Assembly: GCF_006345805.1 (NCBI RefSeq)
Contig: NC_043009.1
Location: forward strand, 49,600,001 to 49,664,000
Direction of reading: 5' to 3'
DNA: 64,000 nucleotides
Source: Octopus sinensis
Taxonomy: Eukaryota
Numbering within the stretch: the stretch's first letter is position 1; each line of letters opens with the position of its first letter. The position numbers and the translations under genes were made by a program. Below are positions 14,335 through 26,897 of the stretch, one piece after another. The notes under the pieces were generated by a model that saw nothing but the letters and a program-made list of their open reading frames with translations, was not told the DNA's origin and made no database searches.

Positions 14335-14495
14335 CCTGTACTCTTTCGCCACAACTTTCTCTCACTCTTTCTTCTGTTGGCCTGCTCGCTTAGCCAGCGG
14401 GGTGGCGTCATTTGAAGGCTAAAACAATGCGAAGCGCATTGTGACCAGCGATGTGTAGCAACATCTGATAACATGGTCGGTCATGGTGATCACAG
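14335..14495. repeat. CpG-rich interspersed repeat fragment abutting (TA)n, class unresolved
   Basis: GGCCTGCTCGCTTAGCCAGCGGGGTGGCGTCATTTGAAGGC...: abrupt GC/CpG rise over 160 bp. I recall this as a common octopus repeat, but it is single-copy in this window. Confidence 0.4.
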
Positions 14496-14876
14496 TGATA
14501 TATATATATTTATATATGGAGGGGAAGGGATCAAGTTGAAAGCAACCATTGGCAATTTGTATTTAAAAACAGAGGTAGGAAGCAAAGTGATAGGACTCTG
14601 GAGGGGTAACAGAATGGAGCAAAAAATTAGTTTTGGAAAGATTAGGAAAAGAGGAAGAGAGACACTGAAAGGAAAGAGACAGAAATGGATGGGAAATAAG
14701 TAGAAAAATACAGCATTGGAAAACAAAGCAAAGAAAACTGAAAGTAGAAAAAACAAAAGAGACAAGGTGGATTTTGAGTGGGGTGTGGCAAGGAGATGCA
14801 AGCTGTCAATGTTGTTTTTGAACAAGGGAAAACATTCATGATGTCAAGGACAGGTGACTGCATCTGGTGAATGGGG

Positions 14877-14913
<37 letters not shown>

Positions 14914-15175
14914 GGGGAGATAACCCTTTCTTCTGTCCAGATGAGAAAATGCATACAAGAAACACATTCTTGACAGATCTTGCAGCAGCAGTAACAACAA
15001 CAACAACAACAATAATAATAATAATAATAATAATAATAACCATCATACTTATTATGGCAATAGCATAAACAGCAAAAATGACAATAGCTACTACCGCAAA
15101 TGCAATAACAGAACCACCAGTGCAAACGGTAACCATCGACATGAATGCAACGCCAGTAACAAACTCTAGCATTGA

Positions 15176-15206
<31 letters not shown>

Positions 15207-15835
15207 ACAACAACTACAACTACTAGTAGCAGCAGTAGCACCACAACTTCCGCAATAACAGCAAGAAGAATGACAGTAACAAAAAATCCAAGAGATCATT
15301 CATTCTTTAGTGCTGAGATGGCTGTAAAGAAATTGTTGGTAATACAAGAAATGAAAACAGGAAAGGTTGTCCCTTCCACCCTCATCCCAAACATTCTGTC
15401 AAAACAGCAGCAACTGCGCAAAATATGTTCTGGGGAAGAGATGACACGTAGGCTACAGTTATAAAGATGGAGTAGGTGTGACGTTAACAATAATATACAA
15501 AGTGGAAGGGGTGACAGCAATTAACAACAACAACAACAATAATAATAATAATATAGAAAAAGAATATTTTAAGTAGTTAACAAATGAAGCCATCTGACCA
15601 GAAAAGTTAATAATTCATAACATTAGCACAAGGCTACACATTTTTTCTTTTTGAGGTGATGGTGGGTAAGAGTTGCGGCAGATGGTAGTCAAATGACTCC
15701 ACTCTAGTGTTGAGTTCTATCTTTGAGGGTATAATTCTGATTTTGAGCAAGTATCTGTTGCCATGGCTCCAGGGTGACTCAACTCTTGTCACTGAAACTG
15801 AATCCACACAAACTGTGCAAGTCTGCCAGATGGAT

Positions 15836-16220
15836 TGTTAAGTTAATTTTTTGGTTCAAAAAGCAAAAAGCAAGGCCATGTAGGGGGACATGGAGTTATG
15901 TACAGGGAGGGTGTCCATGCAAAGAGTTCAGGCCATTTCTGGTCAAGAGAGACTTTGAACCGAGTGGTCGTTGGCATCTTCACTATCTCGTCCGGCAACT
16001 TATTCCACGGATCCGCAACTCGGACGGAGAAAGCCCCTCTCCTTCGATTGAAATGAAATCGTCGCAGATAGAGCTTTTCGGAGTGACCCCGCAGCCGACG
16101 CTCTGGAGCAGGAGTGAAGAACAGCTCTTTCGAGAGGTTACACTTTCCGCTTATGTTGTGAGCAAGAATGAGATCACCATGGCATCGTCGTTTTTCTATA
16201 ATTGTATAATTTGATGAGGC
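15836..16220 (-). mobile_element. 5'-truncated CR1/L2-group LINE, 3' end of ORF2 plus 3' UTR
   Basis: Translation EKRRCHGDLILAHNI...RLRGHSEKLYLRRFHFNRRRGAFSVRVADPWNKLPDEIVKMPTTTRFKVSLD matches the characteristic CR1 ORF2 C-terminus (RRLRGDLI...RGHxxKL...FFSxRVVxxWNxLP...FKxxLD). CpG-rich relative to the flanks; short TTAAC-like tail. Confidence 0.85.
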
Positions 16221-16344
16221 TCTACACAGTTTCTGTCCACTCAAAGGGCCCAGCTTTGTCATACATAGCATTCTGGCTAAGTACTGCATTAATGATACAG
16301 ATGTGGAATACCAAATCACTTGTATACTAATGCGCACCTACCAT

Positions 16345-16525
16345 TTGACAACCAGTGTTGGTTAGTTTATCTCCCTGTAATTAGACGGTTTGGTAAAAGA
16401 CACTGACTGATTAAGTAGCAGATTTTAAAACATAAGTCCTGGGGTCAATTTGGTCAACTAGTCTCTATAAGGCTGTGCTCCAGCTTGACCACAACCCAAA
16501 GAATGAAACAAGTAAAAGATGAAAG
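16345..16525 (+). mobile_element. SINE family A 3' fragment
   Basis: GACAACC..GTTGG...ATAAGTCCTGGGGTC...GTGCTCCAGC...GAAACAAGTAAAAGA matches the 3' half of the 20331 element. Confidence 0.65.
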
Positions 16526-19124
16526 AAGAAATAAAGTTATGTGTATTATAAACCTAGTGATATATAAATTATGAAAGAAATTCTTGAAAGAATCTATTAA
16601 TTAAATGGATTCTGTTTTTGTTTTAAAAAAAAACAATGATTTGTAGATGGAAGCAAACTTAACCATGGTTGTGTTGTTGATGTTGTTAGACCCTACCCAG
16701 ACCAGCCTATTTTTTAAAGGTCTCCACACACAAAAGGAGTTCTAAAGTTAATGAAAACTTTGATGTTGCTTAGTTTGATGAGAGAAGAAATTATAACCAT
16801 TCAAATTTAATTCAACTACTAATTGATAATGAGATTTATTAATGGTGATGTAGAGAAAAAAAATAGATGTGTTGATATTAATGTCTTTTTTCAGTGATAT
16901 ACTTGCTTGAAACAAAACTGATTCTAAGGAGGAATTGAAACCAGATTGCCAATCTGACTACCTTTAAAGAAGAAATAGGCCACTTGTAACTTCTCAGTAT
17001 TCATTGCTGTGTTAATTAGCAATATGTACCCAGGGGTTCATTTTAGCTTTGCTTTTTTTTTTTTACAGCAATATGAAATACACAGGTTACAATTTGAGTT
17101 TGCCATATTGAGTGTGCCTGTTTATATATGTATATATATGAACTATGTATATTAGAACAGTTTCAGAATTGTGATAAAGAATGGTAACGGAAAACTCAGA
17201 ATGGAGATGGAGTGAAGCTATACCTTCAAATAAATTAATATATAATAACATCTATTATGACTGGTAGACATACAAATTTCAGATTGCTAAGCTGAAAGAT
17301 TGACACACACACACACACATACACACACAGTTAAATAGGATATTACCTGCCAGGCTATAAGCAAAAGAATAAAAGAATAAATAAATATATAAACGCATAA
17401 GTAACTATAATCAAAGAACTAATTTCCCTTCGACATCAATCGGTTGTTATGAAAACCATAAGCCAGTAGAAGTTTTGTTTTTAATTCATTAGTGACAAAC
17501 TACATCCCTTTTTCTCCACTTTTCCACCCACATGCTGGGAAAGGAATGAGAGCAGGGAGAAGGGTCTTTTCTTTCCTTTTTCTTTTCTTCTATAACCTTC
17601 AGGAGTTTTGATGACAAATTTCACTAAAATAACATGCCACAAAGGTGGGGCAAAAATACCATTCTTAGCAATATGCAACCTACACATTATTATTATTATT
17701 ATTATGTAAGTGCTAGCCAAGTTCTAAAAGGAAACAACAGCAACAATGAAAAAGACAATTGTTAATACAGCTGATTATACTTCACAGTAAAGAAAGAAAG
17801 AGAAAAAAGAATAATAATAATAAATAAAAAAACTCTTAAGAACCTCCCAGTTAAAAACCAAAAGAAAACAAAACTCCTTGGGATTCTAAACATTCAGGTT
17901 TCTCTTTTAGAATGATAGCCTTTTTACCAGCAGGCTATTGTTAGTGGTATTGATATACTTCCACCAGCTGTGTTTGATGTGTGTGTGTGCATGCATATGT
18001 GTGTGTGTGTGTGTGTGTTCCTGCATATACATTTATTATGTACATACTACTGGCAGTAGAAGTACTAATACAGGTAGGAACTAAACTAAACTACTTCAAA
18101 TAAAAGCCACAAGCCACAAATTGGTTTTCACCTCTGTCACGAACAGAACAAAGTCTTCCATTCTCTTTCACCCACCCAGACTCCTCTGTCCAATGCACGT
18201 GTGATTTACATAGTCAGATTGGTGTGCGTGTGTGTGTGTGTAAATAAGTGAAGGAAGCATAGCTCAGAAATATCCACGCATCAGAAGCAACTGTCTGATG
18301 TTGTGTGGTCCTAGTTCAATATTGAGTGAACAGACTGTTGGCTCACATAAATAAGCTGGCAAAAAAAGATAGGTGTGATGCACAGATCCATTTCTCCAGA
18401 TATGTTTATAGCTCAGCCTAGTTAAGAACAATGCACCTTCTTCATGCAGTGACAAAGTGCATGTGATTCTGTATTTCAATTTGCACATGCTGCTACTCTC
18501 AGTAACTCTTTTGATAACTACCCTCATTACTACCTACAGCAAAGCATAACAGAAGCAACAAGAGTGGCAGTTCTTAACCCTGCACCATGCTAAAAGAGCA
18601 GACTAAAGGCCATCAGACGTCAAAACCAAATTTGAAAATAGTAGAGTTTAAACTAACATCACGATATTGGAATGGCATCAGCTCCTCTATATTTGTTGAT
18701 AAGGGATATCGTCATCATCTCCTCTGAATCAACCCATGATATTTGCATTTCACTGCCCCCTTTCACTAGTACATCTTATCCACTAGACGTAGTGGGTAAG
18801 ATATTTTTATTCTCCAGAAACGTATCAAACCTTCTCCAATAGAAACGTGTTTCTAAGCATCAAATTGAATCATAGACTTTAACCTCATTTCCTAATTAAA
18901 AAGCATCTACAAAATATAATAGACAATACACATCATCTTTGTATGGGATTAATTCGTGTTCTCGATGGCGTGTTGTGTAATTATATTTGCAGACTAACTG
19001 CCAGATGTACACCACAAGATGAAAAGCTCCAGATTTCTTCGTGTATGAATTATCTAAGAAAGCCAACATGATTGCAAGTGCACGGAAATTAAATGAGATC
19101 CAACAAAGTTGAAATCACGATTCT

Positions 19125-19168
19125 TCAGTTATTGAACTTATATATTCTTTTATGGGTGGGGCGATATC
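19125..19168 (-). CDS. Candidate alternative terminal exon segment, (G)YRPTHKRIYKFNN*, followed by ~1 kb repeat-free UTR-like sequence
   Basis: gcactcttcttctgaaataattttcag|GATATCG. Phase 1 compatible with the 46100 donor; TGA at 19125-19127; minus-strand AATAAA at 18806-18811 and 18032-18037. Confidence 0.2.
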
Positions 19169-19262
19169 CTGAAAATTATTTCAGAAGAAGAGTGCATCTA
19201 TTAAGTTTGATAGAATTAATACTCAAGAATCTATGAAGTGTTAAATAAAAATAATACACACA

Positions 19263-19305
<43 letters not shown>

Positions 19306-20330
19306 AGCATAAATGACAAACACACACACATATGTATATGCACGGATATACACACATTTTTGTAGATTTCACTACAGTGCAATACATTTTTAAAATGAAA
19401 ACATACAAAAACATAACAATTTATCAAGGCTGTCACACCTCAATATTTCATCTATTCTATAAAACTGTTTACAACAACAGCAGCACCAGCAACAGCAGCA
19501 GCGGTGGAAGTTTCCACCAACACCACCATGGATGCCACCCCACCTCTCTTTCTCTCTTTGTTTCTCTCTCTCTCTCCTTTTCCACACCCTGCAAACACTT
19601 AAAGTCTGATACAATTTTAAAATCAACATTTGACTTGAGAACTTACCAACATATTTCACTAGCAAAACTAAGAAGCAATGTTCTCTGTATTTGTAGCTTG
19701 GGAAAGGAGTGGGGGGTAGAGAGGAGAGGAGAGGCAAGAGAGGAAAATATAAATAAATAAATATATAAATAAATAAATAAATAAATAAAGCTTTTCATTC
19801 TAGACTCTGCCCTCCCCATCACCACCACCACCACCACCACCACCACCACCACCACCACCACCACCACCACCTTTTTTTATGTTTACTTGCTAGTTTCTCT
19901 TGTTCACTTCTATTGAAGTGTATGTGCAATGATGATGCTAGTAGTAGTAGTGGTGGTGGTGGTGTGCCGACTGTGATGGATAGAATCAATAAGCACCGAC
20001 TCCCACACTCCCATCCAGGATCAACAAAGCTGACAGAAAGAAATACATCCACTACAAAGCATTCTTTTACACAGACATTCCTTGCCTTTGCTTTTACAGA
20101 CAGGGTGGGGCAGGAGATATTTACAATAAATACCTATACAAAGATAAGGGTGGTGGTGGAGGAGTATCGAAGCACTACAGAGCAATAGGAAGGTGGTATA
20201 CACTATATTTATAGTAGTACCTATAGTATGGTAGCAGTGAGGTACATGGAGTACACCGAGGAACTTTCTAACAGTAACCATAGAGAAATGGAAGTAGCTG
20301 AGTGTTTGTGTGTGTGTGTATATATATATA

Positions 20331-20743
20331 GGCGCAGGAGTGGCTGTGTGGTAAGTAGCTTGTTTACTAACCACATGGTTCCAGGTTCAGTCCCACTGCG
20401 TGGCACCTTGGGCAAGTGTCTTCTGCTATAGCTCTGGGCCGACCAATGCCTTGTGAGTGGATTTGGTAGACGGAAACTGAAAGAAGCTCGTCGTATATAT
20501 GTATATATATATGTGTGTGTGTGTGCATGTTTGTGTGTCTGTGTTTGTCCCCCTAGCATTGCTTGACAACCGATGCTGGTGTGTTTACGTCCCATTACTT
20601 AGCGGTTCGGCAAAAGAGACTGATAGAATAAGTACTGGGCTTACAAAGAATAAGTCCCGGGGTCGATTTGCTCGACTAAAGGCGGTGCTCCAGCATGGTC
20701 GCAGTCAAATGACTGAAACAAGTAAAAGAGAAAAGAGTAAGAG
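20331..20743 (+). mobile_element. Full-length tRNA-derived SINE (family A here), young copy with internal (TA)n(TG)n
   Basis: Head GGCGCAGGAGTGGCTGTGTGGTAAG (A-box-like) ...GGTTCAGTCCC (B-box-like), then GGCACCTTGGGCAAGTGTC. Many homologous copies in the window; flanked by (TA)n on both sides. Confidence 0.85.
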
Positions 20744-22204
20744 TATATATATATATACACATACGTTTGTATTATGTATGTTTTGTGTATGTACCTTTCA
20801 AGCAATGGAGATGGTGTTAAGGATTATATAATAGTACCCACAGAACAATAGAAGAGGGGTGTGACATGTTTTCACAAGACCCTATGTGAAAAGAAAATGA
20901 ATAATATATTGTTTACAGTCAGGTCTATATAAGAATAAGGCAGCGTAGTATATAAAACGTTCATAAGAGAACCTATAGAATATATAATTATAGGATATTT
21001 ATACAGCAGTCCTTACAATTTGAATCTAAGTACAGCATGTGTTATAATGATTGACACAAGTTTCATGACTGAAATAAATTAGATAGAAATTACATGGTAG
21101 TTCATTGTATAGATTCTATCTGTAATCCAAAGGGCAATATGTCACACACACTGTGATACTGACTCCATAATTCAGCACTGTGTTAAGGGTAGGTGTGTCT
21201 GTGGAATACTCAGCCTCTTAAAAGCTTATACAATGAGTGGGTAGTTCAGCTGAACAACTGAAATACTCATTGTTAATACTCCAGAAGAAAAAAAAAATCA
21301 CATGAAATATAGGGTAGCAATGACTATAGAAAGAATGTGCAAGGTACAATGATGTACACAGCTGTAGCTGTGCAAGACACAATGATGTTTACAGCTGTGG
21401 TTAAAAGTAAAAGGATTGTGGCGCAATGAATATTTATAGCCATAGAAATACCCAGAGGAAGAGAAGAGGGTGGGTTGTTATTGTTATTAGCAGGGAGTGT
21501 AGAAAAAAAGATTAAAAGTAGTGTAGAAAGTAGTTTAATCCCAGATCGGCTCTGATCAAATGCATTTCAGTTATGGCCACCCTGTCTCTTGTGGAGCTTT
21601 TTAGGACTATTTGTTCAGTGTCTTCTTTATATATATATATATATATAACACAGAGTAAGTTAGGGGTTATGGGTGTAACTCACTAAGGGATAGTATTTAT
21701 CCATGGAGAGAGTGAGAGAGAGAGAGAAATACGACAGAATGTGAGTAGAAGAAGATTTGGCTCCTATTCCCAACAAGTTGAGCAACTGCATTGAAACTCT
21801 TTCACTAGCTCAAAGTAAGAGAATCTTTACATAAAATTTATCAACTGAGAAGGAATGAAGTAACATAAGTTAGTAGTCTTGTCATAAGCAATGGCTTAAC
21901 AAATTAGTCACAACAGCTACCTCATCAGAGTATGAGTAGGCTTAGACTTCTTGGATCAAGAGTTGGGAGTTCCTATTTGGACACAGTCACTGTAATGTGT
22001 GTGTCATCAGATGACTGGTTCCTATATAGCTGGGGAATTAATCTTTTTTTAATTTTTTTTTTTTTTTTTATGGTGGGGTTATAGTTAATTAATCAACCAT
22101 AGTACTTAACTAGCACATTATTTTATTGACCCTAAGTTGCATGGGAGACAAAGTTGAGTTCAGCAGAACTTTGAAAGGAAAACTAAATACTGTTAGGCAT
22201 CTTT

Positions 22205-22423
22205 GCCAGAAACGTTAGCACGCCGGGCGAAATGCGTAGCCGTATTTCGTCTGTTGTTACGTTCTGAGTTCAAATTCTGCCGAGGTCGACTTTGCCTTTC
22301 ATCCTTTCGGGGTCGATAAATAAAGTACCAGTTTCCCACTGGGGTCTATGTTATCGACTTAATCCTTTGTCTGTTCTTGTGTGTCCTCTCTATGTTTAGC
22401 CCCTTGTGGGCAGTAAAGAAATA
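22205..22423 (+). mobile_element. Young tRNA-derived SINE (family B here; central GCCTTTCATCCTTTCGGGGTCGATAAA..AGTACCAG motif, Meta/MESC-like from recall)
   Basis: A-box-like CAGAAACGTTAGC and B-box-like GAGTTCAAATTC; CpGs retained; more than 10 homologous copies in the window. Superfamily label is from memory and unverified. Confidence 0.8.
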
Positions 22424-23646
22424 CATTTTACCAATTCTGGGGATCCATAAACATGAAGATATTATCCATCAGCTATTTAGAAGGTTCTTTTTTGGAAAAG
22501 ACCAAAGTCAGTAAGATGAGTGCCCTTAATGATAATTTCTTAACTCACTTCATTTATCCTTTAAGAAAGAAAGGCTTTAATATCATTCAATCTCATTCTG
22601 GTAACCCCTACAAATGTGTGACCGCCTGTTATATAAGAAAGCATACGTATGGCAGTGGAACATTTGGAGAACAGAATATATTTGTATGTCTGAAAGAGCA
22701 ATGTGTATGTGTCTGAAAGTAAGAGAGTGTGCGTATTTTCATATGTATCCTTAAAATACGATGTTCTTCATTTGCCATAACTTTTAATCCTTCAAGCTTA
22801 GGTGTGAACGGTTTTACCATTAATCCATCATAAAGCTCACAAGAAGAACCTTTAATCTTCAGCTTTCTAAAAGAAAGTTTCAAATTGATAAGGCCACGCG
22901 AATACTCAGTGTACATTCACACACACACACACACACAGAATGTGAGTCAAAAGTAACTGGTGATGGAGTAACCGGAGTGATGGAAGCTGGGTGGGGGCTG
23001 AGGTATTTGAATAAGGGTTTAGGATGGCATGGAGATCATAGCAGAAGAATGGCGGGTGCATGGAAGGGTATCTATCATGAGCTGAGTAGACAAAACTGAA
23101 AGACTCCTGAAAGTAGGGAAAGGCGTAAGAAAAGGTGGGGAATAGGGTCTGATATTGGTAAGAAGTAAAACGTAGGGGAAAGAATAGAAGATGCAGAACA
23201 TATATTTCAAGAGTAGGACAAAAAAAAAAAAGAAAGAGGGGGCAGTGATGAAGAGGGAAAATTTGTGGTGGAGGTGGATCCTCTCCAACTTATCATTCCC
23301 CTACTCCCATCATCTCCTCACGCGTGCCTTAGGCTGCTTATATTGGATAATGAAACATGCAGAGGAGATTTGTCACTTCTTTGACTGCTAACGATTTGTA
23401 TTGACAGCTGCTAAGGACAGCTTTCCATTCAAGATCTATAACTCAGAATATACACACACACACACAAACACACCCATATATATATATATATATATATATA
23501 TACATTGACATGCATACTCATGCATGTGTGTATGCATGACATAAAAAGAACAGCTTTATTCAACTGACAAGTTTGTGAAATTATTAGGGTTGAAATCAAG
23601 ATCGTCTACTGATTAGACACACTCATACACGCATGCATGCATGCAT

Positions 23647-23693
<47 letters not shown>

Positions 23694-25380
23694 CACACAT
23701 GACAAACTGACACATACACCATTATGCATGGCAACAATAGAATCATTTGTAAGAGATTTACGAAAACTGCAAGTTTATACATGTATGTATACATATAGAT
23801 ATACATATACATGTGCAAACTTTCAGCTGTGTGTGTGTGTGTGTGTGCATGTATGGAGGAGTAGTAATTGATTAAATTAAACCCCAGTATATGACTGGTC
23901 TTATTTTATTGACTCTAGAAGGATGAAGGGCAAATCTAATTGGATTTGAATTGAGGATATTAGAGAAGTGGTCTTGAAAATAAGGAAGGATTTAGTGGAC
24001 ATTCTCCAACAACTATCGTCTTATAATCTACCACCCTCAACATTGGTAAGTCTAAACTATATTAAATAAATTCAATTATTGGTTTTAAGGGCAACCTATG
24101 ACAAGACTAAAGGGGCTAGAAGGCAAAGAGCTCAAACTTAACTGTAGGTTGTATGAATTTCATTTCAAAACTACAAGGTTTCTGGTTCAGTTCCACTTTG
24201 CATCAGGAAGCAAGAAAATTTTACTGTAGCTTCAGAAGCCTTGTGAAAAAAATTTGGTAGACATAAACAGTAGAAAAGCCTATTGGAAGAGTTGTTGCTG
24301 CTCTTGGGTGATAGATTTAATGTCACCCTATTCAACACCATTATGATGTCCTTAGATGCTTATACTAGAGTATATTTTGTAAGCATTAAGGTCAGACTGA
24401 ACTGAGAAAGTCATAAAGGACCTTTAAAGGGGTCACAAACATAGTCATTTATTCCTCACTAAGTCATTAAAATGTATTGTGCTAATGACCCAGTTGCATC
24501 AATTAATAATCTTATTAGCTCAATGTCTTGGGATGACAAGTACCATTCTTACTTGGCAATTGAAATATATCAGCAGTGATATAAGACACATGCTGCAATT
24601 ATATTCCAGTGACCAAAATTCATTAAAACTAACTCATTAAAGCTGGATTGATTAAAAAAGTAAAAAGAATGAAAAAAAAAAAAGACTTTGCAACAAAAGT
24701 ATAAATTTTTTGAAAAATACATGAATTCAAAAATAAAAGTCGTTCTGCTGTCTCCTCAACACAGTTAAAAAAGAATGTAATCTGAGCTTGCCAATTAATG
24801 ACTTTGTAAATCTATGCAACCTAATAATAAAAGTGGTTGGGAGGGATAGAAAAGAAGAGAAATTTTTCTCTGAAATTGCATACTCTTGTGATGTTACATA
24901 AAATATTTCACTAGCACACATGATGTTAGAGTGTCATGCAATTCGAACAGAGTGGTATTGACAACACAGTAGTATTGATCACATAGATGGAGTGGTATTG
25001 CTGATACCATTGGACTGGCATTGGTGATACTGAGAGAGTAACTTTTATCGTAAAAGGAACCACATTCGGGGAAGAAGAGCTGAAGTGATGACACGGGGGA
25101 GGTGTTGGTTTTAGGGACACAGTGGTAGCTGCAACCGAGGTATACTGGTACTGGTGAAATAACTGGAGCAACATTAGAAATATGGAATAACACTGGTGAT
25201 AGAATCAGTGGAATTAGTGATATGGATAGATCAGTGTAGTTGATGATGATGGCATTGATAAGAGGGTAGTAATATTTTAGCTATAGAGATGGGAAGATAA
25301 TGTCGCTGGGAGAAGAACCGAAGAGATGGTGACAGAAATGGAGCAACATCATTGTGATAATAAGGAAATTGTGTGTGTAT

Positions 25381-25414
<34 letters not shown>

Positions 25415-25418
25415 GAGG

Positions 25419-25462
<44 letters not shown>

Positions 25463-26429
25463 TGATATGAAAAAATATCTAACAAGAATAAACAAAATGC
25501 AGCAAGAAATAAAACAAATGGATTTTGAAAACAAAAAGGAAAAAAAAAACAGAAAAAGACTAGTAATGACTGACATGTGATGGTGGAGAGATATGGGGGT
25601 AGTTTTTGCCCACCCTGAATCAAATGCATCAAATACAGTAAATTAAATCAACTGAACCATTCTGCAACTATTTAAAAAAAAAATGACAATTAATGAATCT
25701 GGCTTTGCTTGTGAGGTTTTTATTATTGTTGTTGTTGTTGTTGTAGTTGTTACGATGGTGGTGGTGGTGGTGGTGTAATAGCTGTTGTTTAGAGGAGAGA
25801 GTAAAGTCAGCATGAATTCATGTCAGTCTTTGACCACTGCCTGTGAAGACAGAAAGAAATAGAAAACTCTAATTAATAAGATAATTAATGAGAGAGAAAG
25901 TGGGGAGGGAAGGAGTTGAAAGAGAGGCGGACGGATGTGAGATAGAAGCAGAATGAGTGGAGGGAGAGAGAGTGCGGGAGGGGAGAGTGTGTGTGTGGGG
26001 TGGGTGGAGAGAGAGAGAGATAGTGTGGCCAAATAGAGAGATATGAGGTAAGAGATAGTGATAAAAGGAGGAGTTGGCAAGAAAGACCGAGATGGCATGG
26101 CGGTGATGGTGGCAGCGGTGGCTTACCGAAGTGTAGTGGTAAAGTAAGGGGAGAGGTGGGGGAGTGAAAAAGAGAAAGGAACGGTAGTAGTGGAAGAGAC
26201 TGCGGTGGTGGGGGAGACTATGGGATTCAAAATTATCACTAATGAGCTATAAGACCATTAAAATCCTTCTCAAGTTTGACAGGTCTGTTTGTGTTGTAAC
26301 AGTTTTAAATATGAAATTAAATTAAGATGTACCTCTGTTCTGCAGGTGTCAAAAATGGGAAGATAAAGGAGGTGGGTGGCAGAGTATCATGTCAGTTTGG
26401 TGGGAGAGACATGTGTGGGTGGAAACAAT

Positions 26430-26460
<31 letters not shown>

Positions 26461-26684
26461 ATGGAGTAAAACGTTTCATGAGAGAGATTCTGATGCACAT
26501 TATAACAGCAAACAAAAGCGGTTAGCTGTTTGGGTGCTGTTTTGTTCGATGATAAGTGGTGTGTGTATGTGAGAGATTAGTTTACGGCTGCAACGATGCT
26601 AGAAGTATAACTACAATGTGACACAGGTGAATGAATATATACAGATAATTATTGGTACTTAGATTAAGTATAGTAAGAGATGGA

Positions 26685-26897
26685 CAGAGCTGAAAACAAG
26701 GCAATTTCTACTCTTCTCTGGAAGCCATCTACTCGCGATACTAGAGGGCACACACTCTCCTACCCTGATGTAATCTCCAGGGATACAGGCATCCAGCGTC
26801 AGGACCTCCGTAATGCTATGATGGACCGTGAAGTCTGGCGTAGCATGGTAAATTCCATTGTCTCGACCACGGTCGAACAATGATGATGATGGTGATG
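26685..26897 (+). mobile_element. 5'-truncated RTE-clade LINE, 3' end, with 9-bp target-site duplication
   Basis: RAENKAISTLLWKPS...YPDVISRDTGIQRQDLRNAMMDREVWRSMV resembles the RTE ORF C-terminus (LLWxP...D.I..DTG...L...M.DR..WR..V). (TGA)n tail; AGAGATGGA at 26676-26684 and 26898-26906. Confidence 0.8.

Noticed and set aside
14925-15000. Plus-strand acceptor followed by KMHTRNTFLTDLAAA, superficially like a GPCR TM2 motif
   Set aside because: Runs straight into (ACA)n/(ATA)n and a stop, with no donor; too short to be meaningful.
15078-15464. 128-aa Thr/Asp/Ser-rich ORF resembling a mucin or acidic low-complexity protein
   Set aside because: Built from degenerate (AAC)/(GAT)/(AGC) repeats typical of the background; no convincing splice signals or recognisable domain.
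15774-16214. 146-aa plus-strand ORF
   Set aside because: Antisense shadow of the CR1 fragment.
24894-25193. Overlapping 99-aa and 82-aa minus-strand ORFs in non-microsatellite sequence
   Set aside because: Contains short recurring motifs (GAGTGGTATTG) and has no recognisable domain or convincing splice signals.
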